A stretch of 37,376 nucleotides of DNA from IMG/VR virus record IMGVR_UViG_3300025392_000001, positions 1 to 37,376 of that record. One strand, 5' to 3'. Positions 1-8,330 of the stretch are shown one piece after another. This stretch comes from a virus. Lineage: Duplodnaviria; Caudoviricetes. The position numbers were made by a program, and so were the translations under genes. A model generated the notes under the pieces. The model was not told the origin of the DNA, did not search any database, and worked only from the letters and a program-made list of their open reading frames with translations. Positions within the stretch are counted from its first letter, which is position 1, and each line of letters starts with the position of its first letter.

Positions 1-127
1 CCCCAGCGAAGGCAAATGCTGAGGCCCCTGTGGTGCCAGAAGGTAGCGAAAGCGATCCCTCAAGCGTAGAACCAGAAATTGATTCCGTTGAATCTGAAGA
101 TAGTGAAGCAGCCATAGATGAAGGAAA
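1..127. repeat. Terminal direct repeat, copy 1 (identical to 37250-37376); circular assembly overlap
   Basis: ccccagcgaaggc...gatgaaggaaa is present at both ends. 127 nt is a common assembler k-mer, and the repeat lies inside a continuous ORF. Confidence 0.95.
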
Positions 128-1028
128 CGCCCCTGAAGAGGTAAGCACCCAAGATTCTACACAGCAAGAGATCATTGATTTCTTAGAGTTCGCAAATGAA
201 AATCCAAATGCGAAATTTAAGTTCATGCGTAATGGCAAGGAAATGGTCATAGATGCTAAACGAGCAGCCAGTATCTTAGGACAAGGTGGAGCAATACATG
301 AAGAAGCCAGAGAATTAAAGATCCAAAAGGCAGAGTTTGATGACTACCTACAGACCAAAAGGGCTGAGGCAGAAGGTTTAACTCTAGCACTAGAATTTAC
401 GGTTAGACCGCAGATTCAGAAAGCCTATGATGAGATTCTAAAGACACAGGGATACCAGACAACATTCCAACAGCAGTATGCACAGGCTCAGGCCCGTGGT
501 GATGTGGCAGCAATGACACGCATTGAAGCAAACATGCAACAGAATGAACGCTGGATTCAACAACAAGTTGGAACAATTCAACAACTGAAACCTAACCTGG
601 ATCAGTTTTATCAAATTCGTAAACAACAAGTTGGTGAAGTCCTACAACAAAACCGCAAGAACTTTACAGATAAGGAATTGCGTAATGAATATGTCTACAA
701 TGAACTTCGTGATAAGATTAGTAAGAATTGGCAGTCAGCAAATAACCAACTAGTGCCAGGTATTCCAAACATTGATCTGATTAGTGCAGATGAACACATC
801 CTAAGTCTAATCAGAGATGGATTGAAATATCGTGAGAAACCATCAAGCAGAAGTGCTGGTAGTAGCATAGCCGCATTGACACAGAAAAAGTCAAATGCAG
901 TGGCCAACGCTAAGACACAGGGTCAAGCAAATCTTCAGGAACTTCAGGAAAGAGCCAATAAGGGCGATCGTAAAGCCCAGGATAATCTATTAGTCGCAAA
1001 GTTACAAGCAATGCGAAGTCGTAGATAA
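1..1028 (+). CDS. Capsid scaffolding protein, 3' part (true start ATG 37105, spans the circular junction, ~390 aa)
   Basis: Acidic N-terminal half, coiled-coil Q/E-rich middle and basic C-terminus; lies between portal and capsid. In frame with ATG 37105, 58 codons upstream of the GTG at 30. Confidence 0.8.
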   Translation, partial: PAKANAEAPVVPEGSESDPSSVEPEIDSVESEDSEAAIDEGNAPEEVSTQDSTQQEIIDFLEFANENPNAKFKFMRNGKEMVIDAKRAASILGQGGAIHEEARELKIQKAEFDDYLQTKRAEAEGLTLALEFTVRPQIQKAYDEILKTQGYQTTFQQQYAQAQARGDVAAMTRIEANMQQNERWIQQQVGTIQQLKPNLDQFYQIRKQQVGEVLQQNRKNFTDKELRNEYVYNELRDKISKNWQSANNQLVPGIPNIDLISADEHILSLIRDGLKYREKPSSRSAGSSIAALTQKKSNAVANAKTQGQANLQELQERANKGDRKAQDNLLVAKLQAMRSRR

Positions 1029-1058
1029 CATTAAAGACATTTTTATAAGGAAATTAAC

Positions 1059-2270
1059 ATGTCACAAATCGCAACATCCGCTATTGGTAACGGTACTACA
1101 GCATACGCTTCAGACATCGTTGTCAAAGACTTAGACCTAGATGTGTCTAACCGTGTCAAGGACGACACACCTGTTTTAAACATGGCTATGGCCAAAAAGC
1201 GTAAAGTAGTTTCTACTTTACCACTATGGACAAACGATGTGTATCGTTTGCCAGCCACTCAGGCTAACCAAGAAGGTATGGCTGTTTCTAGCTCTATGGC
1301 TGAAAGCAACCAGCGTGCCAACTTAGGTAACTACACACAGATCTTCAGTACCGTTATCAGTGCTACAGGTTCTGCTCGTGCAGTTGAACAATCTGGTGGT
1401 GATCCTCAAGCATACCAAGAAGTCAAGCAATTGATTGAATTGATGTTTGATGTGGAAGCACAAATCGTTCGTGCTGACCAAATTGGTACAAAATACGGCG
1501 GTCAATCTGGTACTGCTGGTGGCGTTACTGGTGCAAGCCAAACAGGTCGTCGCTTTGGTTCTTTGAACTCTTTCGCGGCTACTCACTCTTTCAACGCAAC
1601 TGGTGGAAGCACAGCAACATTCATCACATACACAAACGGCGAAACAACTGATGTGGCAACAACACAAAGTGGTATCGTAGTTGGTGGTGGATCTGGTTCT
1701 ACTCAAGGTGCTTACCTAGGTAGCACATATTATGTTGGTAGCGATGAGGCTAACACTCAATTCTACCCAGCGATCTACAAGCAGTTGGTAACAATGGCTG
1801 AAAAGCGTTTCAACGCTAAGATCCGTACCGTAGTTTGCCCAACCAGCCTACGCACACACCTAAGTGATAACATGCCTACAAGCCGTGGTATCAACCGTGT
1901 TAACGCAGAGCGTGGTGATACAATCCAAACTTATGAAGGCGACTTCAACTATACATATGAAATCTATGATTCTTGGATCATGGACCAATATGTTGCTAAC
2001 AACATCTACTTCTTGAATGAAGAAGTGTTACAATGGGGTTCGTTGCGTGACCTAGGTCCTAACAACGAAATCTTCTCTAACGCTGACGCAAGTCTAGACC
2101 AGTTCATCATGGAAGGAACATTAATTGTTCGTAACCCAGCAGGTGTTGCTGTTCTACACGATATCAGTTCTAGTGCAAGTGCTCCAAGTTTGAACGCTTA
2201 TGGTGCTGGTCCACTACGCCCAGCCGCTTTAGTTGTTCGTTTGAACGCATGGGGTGGAAGTACATTCTAA
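1059..2270 (+). CDS. Major capsid protein (SU10/P22-like podovirus type)
   Basis: 403 aa after the scaffold, RBS AAGGAA, highly biased codons. Motifs DTPVLNM, W-x-x-D, NQEG and R-x-N-x-x-N-Y-T-Q-I-F, plus C-terminal MEGTLIVRNP, are typical of this MCP family. Followed by a terminator. Confidence 0.9.
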   Translation: MSQIATSAIGNGTTAYASDIVVKDLDLDVSNRVKDDTPVLNMAMAKKRKVVSTLPLWTNDVYRLPATQANQEGMAVSSSMAESNQRANLGNYTQIFSTVISATGSARAVEQSGGDPQAYQEVKQLIELMFDVEAQIVRADQIGTKYGGQSGTAGGVTGASQTGRRFGSLNSFAATHSFNATGGSTATFITYTNGETTDVATTQSGIVVGGGSGSTQGAYLGSTYYVGSDEANTQFYPAIYKQLVTMAEKRFNAKIRTVVCPTSLRTHLSDNMPTSRGINRVNAERGDTIQTYEGDFNYTYEIYDSWIMDQYVANNIYFLNEEVLQWGSLRDLGPNNEIFSNADASLDQFIMEGTLIVRNPAGVAVLHDISSSASAPSLNAYGAGPLRPAALVVRLNAWGGSTF

Positions 2271-2294
2271 TCTTAACGGTTAGAATCACACTCA

Positions 2295-2319
2295 ACAAAA
2301 GGGCCTTTGGCCCTTTTGT
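2295..2319 (+). terminator. Rho-independent terminator after MCP
   Basis: acaaaagggcc-ttt-ggcccttttgt, perfect 11-bp inverted repeat with a U tract. Confidence 0.85.
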
Positions 2320-2357
2320 CTTATGTGGGCATTAGAAACAGCCTATTCACGAAATAA

Positions 2358-2365
2358 TATAAATA
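2358..2365 (+). promoter_or_regulatory. T4-late-like promoter TATAAATA
   Basis: Exact TATAAATA just after the MCP terminator, 12 nt upstream of ATG 2378; no -35 element. Confidence 0.65.
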
Positions 2366-2377
2366 AAAGAAAAGGAA

Positions 2378-2992
2378 ATGAACGAGATGACACCAGAAGA
2401 AGAATATAGCCTTAAGAATCCCAACGCAAGTATGTTAGATGACAAAGATCCAGAAACCAATTTGGATTATACACGCAGGGATCATGGTGGCATGATTGAC
2501 AGCAATAATGGTCTAGCAGATGCCTTGTTAAGAAACAATGATCTATATCGTTCAATGAAAGGCGATTGGACCCGCACAGCCACTAACAAGAGTGGTAACA
2601 TAATAACTACTACTGGACGCGAAGATGGCAAGTTCTATATTCGTAGAGAACAAAAGAATTACTTTGATGTAATTGAAAGATGCAAGCGTTACAGAGAAGC
2701 CGCAGAGATGGGTGTTCCAGATCCACTAGCACCTTTAACAGATGATGGCAAACTAGCACACCGTTGGATGGATTTACCCTCAGTTGTTGAACAACAAATT
2801 AGTGATAACTATTTTGGAGGTATGCGTTGGAACACAATCAAGCGTGATAGAACACTAAAGGCACAATTCTATCGCGTAGTGCAAGAAGAATATCCTCAGT
2901 TTATCTGCTACCCAGGTGGCAAATTACCTATTCCTATTGATGTGCCATATCCAGCCCGTGTAGGCCAAAAGAAATTCTTCCAAGGAAACTAA
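2378..2992 (+). CDS. Hypothetical protein of the head/tail module
   Basis: 204-aa ORF with RBS AAGGAA, between MCP and adaptor. Confidence 0.75.
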   Translation: MNEMTPEEEYSLKNPNASMLDDKDPETNLDYTRRDHGGMIDSNNGLADALLRNNDLYRSMKGDWTRTATNKSGNIITTTGREDGKFYIRREQKNYFDVIERCKRYREAAEMGVPDPLAPLTDDGKLAHRWMDLPSVVEQQISDNYFGGMRWNTIKRDRTLKAQFYRVVQEEYPQFICYPGGKLPIPIDVPYPARVGQKKFFQGN

Positions 2993-2995
2993 ACA

Positions 2996-3733
2996 ATGAG
3001 TCAAATAGCCAATGCTGACCAATTAGTAGCATTCGTCAAAACATTTACAGGCAGCACTAACACTGACGAAATTAAAGAATGTATATTCATGGGCGAGATG
3101 ATGATGCGTAACCTAGAGTTACCTATTCAACGCAGTAACCCATTTGATCCCGCATTTATAGCAGTCGCTGATCAATATGGTATGATACCTATTCCAGGCG
3201 ATATGTTAAAGCCTATCTTGTTTTTCAAGATGGGTGGCGTTCAAGGCTCCAGTGGTTCTAATCAATTAGGACCTTGGATTGTCTATGATCGCATTGGTGA
3301 TCGCGATATCATAACAGAAAGTCTAGTTGAAGCATTGTATTTGAAGCCTATCAACATTCCTTCAGTATATCGTGGTAAGTTCAGTGAAGTAGGTCAGAGT
3401 TATAAATTCCTACCAGGTCTGAGCCAAGGCGACTTAGTCAACATGTACTACTATCGTGCGTGGCCGTACCTATACAGCACTGATGTTAATGGTAATGTAG
3501 TTCAGACCAATGGTGTTTTACAAAGTTTCCCAGAAGGTTATGTTTACGCAACTCTACATTGTTATTATGTCAAGCGTAAATCGTCAGAAGACGCAGAAGT
3601 CTATAAAGCCAAGTTTGAAGAATCAATGAACATCATTGAAGACCAAAACAGCAAGGGCAAATGGAGTGGCGGACACACAAGATTAACTTCAATATTCCAA
3701 CCAAGAAAAGATCGCAGATATACTGCAAAATAA
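2996..3733 (+). CDS. Head-tail adaptor (tail tubular A-like)
   Basis: Position. N-terminal helical segment (IKECIFMGEMMMRNL) and C-terminal 'TNGVLQSFPEGYVYATL...YKAKFEE' resemble podovirus adaptors. Confidence 0.65.
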   Translation: MSQIANADQLVAFVKTFTGSTNTDEIKECIFMGEMMMRNLELPIQRSNPFDPAFIAVADQYGMIPIPGDMLKPILFFKMGGVQGSSGSNQLGPWIVYDRIGDRDIITESLVEALYLKPINIPSVYRGKFSEVGQSYKFLPGLSQGDLVNMYYYRAWPYLYSTDVNGNVVQTNGVLQSFPEGYVYATLHCYYVKRKSSEDAEVYKAKFEESMNIIEDQNSKGKWSGGHTRLTSIFQPRKDRRYTAK

Positions 3734-3743
3734 GGATTAGACG

Positions 3744-6700
3744 ATGCCTTCATTATATGGGAATACTACAACCACTTATACCGTTACAGCCAGTAATGTA
3801 AGCACCTTATATCTTGGCAGTACCAGCACGGCAATCACAGCCACAACTTATAGCACTAACCTGGCTGGCTTATATGGTGGATCATACGCGGCATTACCTA
3901 CCAACGCTGAACAACTTATTCAATTGTTTGACAACAATGGTAATGTACATTTTTATCTGGATCCTGTTACCAATAGTGCAACTATCTATGCTAACTTTGT
4001 TGGCACAGGCACAATCTCTTTGGGCAACTATCAGATCTCTGGTGATTCTATCATCAACTCCAGCAATGATAATATTAACTTTGTCACTAATGGATTGAAT
4101 TGGTATCTAAACAACAATGGCACAACACAATTTCCTAACTATACATTTCCATCAGCACATGGATCTGCAGGACAGGTTCTAATTGACAATGGCAGTGGCA
4201 TATTAGCATGGACCACTGCTTCAAGTACATTTAATCTAAGCACGGTCACTAACCAAGCACTATTCACAACCAGCTCAGTTCAATTTAATAGTGTCAAGTT
4301 TGGCGACAACACACAACAAACAACTGCTTGGACAGGCACGGTGGCTGCAAGTCAGATTACCAGTGTTAATACTAATACAATTCGTGGTCTAAGCACAATT
4401 GGCTACACAGGTAAACTAAGTGATGGCATTGGACAGATATCTACTTCAACCGTAAGTGGATTGAGTATTGTTGGTTATACAAACAACTACAATGACCTAT
4501 CTAATAAGCCCACAATACCTGCACCATTTAACCTAAGCACGGTCACTAACCAAGCACTATTCACAACCAGTAGCGTTAAGTTTGGCGGACTACAGGTTAC
4601 TAACTTAACCACAATAACACACATTGATACATTAGGTGTACCTTTGGTATTGGCATCTCTTACCACAAGTACAAATTATCGTTACCTAAACGCATATGGT
4701 AATATACTTCATGGCGTAAACTCAGGTAATAGTGCTCGTATCACTTTGGATACCTATAATAATACCTCAACTTCTTATTCAGATAAGAGTTATTATTCAG
4801 CTCGTCGTGCTCGTGGCACTATTGACGCACCTTCAGCACCACAGCCAGGTGATTACCTTATGCGTATGGCAGGTTACGGATATGGAACAACTGGTTTCTT
4901 AAGTACAGCCAGTGCTGGCATTTGTTTCGTGGCATTTGAACCATTAAGTGATACTGCGGCAGGTGGTCAAATTTCTTTTGACACAATGGTTCCAGGTTAT
5001 AATGATGTAACTCATCAAGAAATTATTGCCACAATGGATGCTGTCAATGGTTTCAGTGTTGGACTTATTACATTCAATGATAATTCACAACAAACCACAG
5101 CATGGAATTCAGTAGCCTCTGTTTCAACAAGTCAGATCAATGGTCTAAGCACAATTGGTTATACTGGCAAACTAAGTGATGGCATTGGCAGTATATCTAC
5201 AAGCCGTGTTTCAGGTCTAAGCACCATTGGATACACAGGTAATTTAAGTGATGGCATTGGTAGTTTATCTACAAGTCGTATTGCTGGCCTGAGTGTTGTT
5301 GGTTATACAAACAACTATAATGACTTATCTAATAAGCCTACACCATTTAACATTGGCACCGTAACTAACCAAGCATTGTTTACAACCAGTAGTGTTGTCT
5401 TCAATGGTCTACAGATTAATAATTTAACCACAATAACATTTGTTACTTCAACAAGCTCACAAGCACCCTTGTTTATCAACTCCAGTGGAGTAAGTAATCC
5501 TCCTCCTCCAGCAACTGATGGATATTCAATCTGGGCTGTTGGCAAAACAGGAACCAGTGCCGCAATTGCCTTGGATAGTTACGCTAATACTCCTTCAATT
5601 GGTGTTCAATATCCACGATTCTTGGGACGCTTTGCTCATGGAACAGCCTCAAGTCCAACAGCGGCACAAAATGGCGATACATTGTTATCTCTTAGAGGTA
5701 ATGGTTATGCTACAACTGGATTTAACACCACAGCCAGTGCTTATTTGAATTTTGTAGCCAACGAAAACTTCACAGATACTACTCGTGGTACCAAATTCCA
5801 AATGTATGCTACACCAGTTGGCACACAAGATCCAACATTGATCAATACATTTGATCCTAATGGCAGTCGTTTTTATGGAACCTATACACAATCTAGTAGT
5901 GTTATAAGTGCAGTTGGTCCTGGATCAAGTGCCAACTACCAAGGACCTTCTAATGACGGATACCTATTCTGGGGTATTAACAAACCTAATACTGCGGGTC
6001 GTCTAACTATTGATACCTATGCCAATCCAAATGCAGGTGGTTCTAGTTTAGATAAAACTTATTTTACAGGTCGTCGTGCTCGTGGCAGCAGTGGAAGTCC
6101 TACAGCAGTTCAATCAGGCGATACATTGTTGCGAATTGCTGCCTATGGTTATGATGGCACAGGATTTGTTGGAACAGCCAGTGGTGGTATAACTTTCTAT
6201 GCCGCTGAAAACTTTAACTCAGGTTCAGCAGGTGGTAGTATTATATTTGATGTAATGGAATTAGGTTGGAATCAACCAGCATTCCAATTTACTCCTTTAT
6301 CTTTAGATTACACTAATGGTGTTTCTATTGGTAACAAGATAACATTCCCTGATAGTAGTGTTCAAACTACCGCATGGACTGGCAGCATCAGCACCAGTAG
6401 CGTAATTGGATTAAGTACCATTGGCTATACAGGCAAATTAAGTGATGGTCTTGGACAAATTTCTACTTCAACCGTTGCTGGCCTAAGTGTTGTTGGTTAT
6501 ACAAATAATTACAATGATCTAAGCAATAAACCTACAATACCTAGTCCGTTTGATCTAAGCACGGTTACCAATCAAGCCTTGTTTACTACAAGTTCAGTGA
6601 CCTTCAATAGTATCACTGCTACTAACGGATTGTATTCAGTTGGCACATACAATAAAACTTACACTGATGGTATCGTAGTTGATTATGCTACAGGTAATGG

Positions 6701-8321
6701 TCGTGTCAGCGTTGGTCCTGCTGATCAATTAACATTCTACACAGGTGGCGTTGCCAACACAGCAATGGTCACTATGGGCAGTGGTGCTACTACAATGTCC
6801 AGTGCCTTAAATGTGGTTGGTCCAATCACAGGTCAAAGTTTGGTCATTACAACTGGTACGGTGGGCATACAGGCAATTTCTGCAGGTGGCTATCCATTAG
6901 ATATCAATGGACAAGCATTAATTTCAATTGGTAATACACAAAGTCCAAGTTTAGTAGTCAGCAACTATACCAGCGGTCTTCGTGGAGGTATTGTAACCCG
7001 TAACTGGGGACAAAACTTACCAGGCGGAACCAGTACTACAAGTCCTAACCCTGCAATTTTAATGGATGGTGCTCGTGGAACTCCAGCAAGTCCAACAGCA
7101 GTTCAAAACGGTGATACTCTTGGTTCTGTCAGTGTTAGTGGATATGACGGTGCTAACTGGTCTACATCAACCAACCTAGCACCAGGACAAATAGTATGGC
7201 AAACTACAGAAGCCTTTGTTGCTGGTCCAGGTGGAACTACAAACAACGCAGGTACAAGATACTTCTTCCGTCAACAACCTCAGTTTGTTAAGTTAACTGC
7301 TACAAGTCGTCAAATTGTTAATTTAACAAGTTGGTCTACAGCATCTAATGCACCTCCACAACTTAACTATTTGGTTGGTAGTGGTATTGATGGAACAACT
7401 CCTACATTAACAAGTTCAGACGGTGCTAACAACTATACAGGTTATGGTCGCACTAACTTTAACTTAATAAATGGTGCATTTAACATATTTGGCGTTACTG
7501 GACAAGATTCAGCACCAGATAACTCTACCTTAACTGGCACGAACTTTTTAAGCATTTACAGCAGCCGTCAAAGTGCTGTTAGTGGTCGTCGCAACGCTAT
7601 ACAATCAGGCGATACTATTGGTGGAATTAACTTTGCTGGACAAACAACCAATAGCTCAACAAGTAATGGTTTATTTGGTGCTAGAATTAATGCCTATGCG
7701 TTAGAAAACTTTTCAAATAGTGCAAACGGTACTGCTTTAAACTTTGGCACCGTAAACACTGGAACTACAACATTAAGTAGCAGATTAACCTTAAATGACA
7801 AATCAAACACTTATGTGTCTGAAGGTCATTATTTCTTACGCAACAACAATGCTGGTATTCAGCGTATAGCTCTTTTGAATACTGCCACTACTTTTATTAA
7901 TAGTGATAATATTCAATTCAATGGATTTAACAATGGCACATTACAAAATATTGCCACATTTACAACTTCCAGTGTTACTTTAAATGCATCTAACTTAACC
8001 GTTGGCACATCAAACTGGTCTATTCCAACTACAACTGGTATCAGTGGAACAAGTCCTCAATTGGTGGGTGGTTTTGATACTACACAATATACAACTGGAA
8101 AATTTATTGTTTCTATTAAAGATGGAACCAATTTTCAAAGTGCAGAAGTATTGTTGCTTTCAAATGGTTCAAGCACAGCAAATACGGTATATGGTATTGT
8201 TATCATAGGTGGAAGTATGGGATCGTTTAGTAGTTCGTTGAGCGGAACAATTGCACAATTATACTTTACACCAACAGGTGCTTCAAGTATGACAATCAAA
8301 TCATCATTGCAGGTAATTTAA
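3744..8321 (+). CDS. Long tail fibre / adhesin with internal repeats
   Basis: 1525 aa, T/S/G/N-rich. Repeated STVTNQALFTTSSV, GLSTIGYTGKLSDG, GYTNNYNDLSNKP and ARGTxxxPTAxQxGD modules. Confidence 0.8.
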   Translation: MPSLYGNTTTTYTVTASNVSTLYLGSTSTAITATTYSTNLAGLYGGSYAALPTNAEQLIQLFDNNGNVHFYLDPVTNSATIYANFVGTGTISLGNYQISGDSIINSSNDNINFVTNGLNWYLNNNGTTQFPNYTFPSAHGSAGQVLIDNGSGILAWTTASSTFNLSTVTNQALFTTSSVQFNSVKFGDNTQQTTAWTGTVAASQITSVNTNTIRGLSTIGYTGKLSDGIGQISTSTVSGLSIVGYTNNYNDLSNKPTIPAPFNLSTVTNQALFTTSSVKFGGLQVTNLTTITHIDTLGVPLVLASLTTSTNYRYLNAYGNILHGVNSGNSARITLDTYNNTSTSYSDKSYYSARRARGTIDAPSAPQPGDYLMRMAGYGYGTTGFLSTASAGICFVAFEPLSDTAAGGQISFDTMVPGYNDVTHQEIIATMDAVNGFSVGLITFNDNSQQTTAWNSVASVSTSQINGLSTIGYTGKLSDGIGSISTSRVSGLSTIGYTGNLSDGIGSLSTSRIAGLSVVGYTNNYNDLSNKPTPFNIGTVTNQALFTTSSVVFNGLQINNLTTITFVTSTSSQAPLFINSSGVSNPPPPATDGYSIWAVGKTGTSAAIALDSYANTPSIGVQYPRFLGRFAHGTASSPTAAQNGDTLLSLRGNGYATTGFNTTASAYLNFVANENFTDTTRGTKFQMYATPVGTQDPTLINTFDPNGSRFYGTYTQSSSVISAVGPGSSANYQGPSNDGYLFWGINKPNTAGRLTIDTYANPNAGGSSLDKTYFTGRRARGSSGSPTAVQSGDTLLRIAAYGYDGTGFVGTASGGITFYAAENFNSGSAGGSIIFDVMELGWNQPAFQFTPLSLDYTNGVSIGNKITFPDSSVQTTAWTGSISTSSVIGLSTIGYTGKLSDGLGQISTSTVAGLSVVGYTNNYNDLSNKPTIPSPFDLSTVTNQALFTTSSVTFNSITATNGLYSVGTYNKTYTDGIVVDYATGNGRVSVGPADQLTFYTGGVANTAMVTMGSGATTMSSALNVVGPITGQSLVITTGTVGIQAISAGGYPLDINGQALISIGNTQSPSLVVSNYTSGLRGGIVTRNWGQNLPGGTSTTSPNPAILMDGARGTPASPTAVQNGDTLGSVSVSGYDGANWSTSTNLAPGQIVWQTTEAFVAGPGGTTNNAGTRYFFRQQPQFVKLTATSRQIVNLTSWSTASNAPPQLNYLVGSGIDGTTPTLTSSDGANNYTGYGRTNFNLINGAFNIFGVTGQDSAPDNSTLTGTNFLSIYSSRQSAVSGRRNAIQSGDTIGGINFAGQTTNSSTSNGLFGARINAYALENFSNSANGTALNFGTVNTGTTTLSSRLTLNDKSNTYVSEGHYFLRNNNAGIQRIALLNTATTFINSDNIQFNGFNNGTLQNIATFTTSSVTLNASNLTVGTSNWSIPTTTGISGTSPQLVGGFDTTQYTTGKFIVSIKDGTNFQSAEVLLLSNGSSTANTVYGIVIIGGSMGSFSSSLSGTIAQLYFTPTGASSMTIKSSLQVI
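4236..4570 (+). repeat. 38-bp exact direct repeat (4236-4273, 4533-4570) in tail fibre 1
   Basis: ctaagcacggtcactaaccaagcactattcacaaccag occurs twice; degenerate copies near 5356 and 6555. Confidence 0.9.
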
Positions 8322-8330
8322 GGAAATTAA

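Noticed and set aside
30-1028. GTG 30 as the scaffold start
   Set aside because: The frame is open across the junction back to ATG 37105, which has a good RBS.
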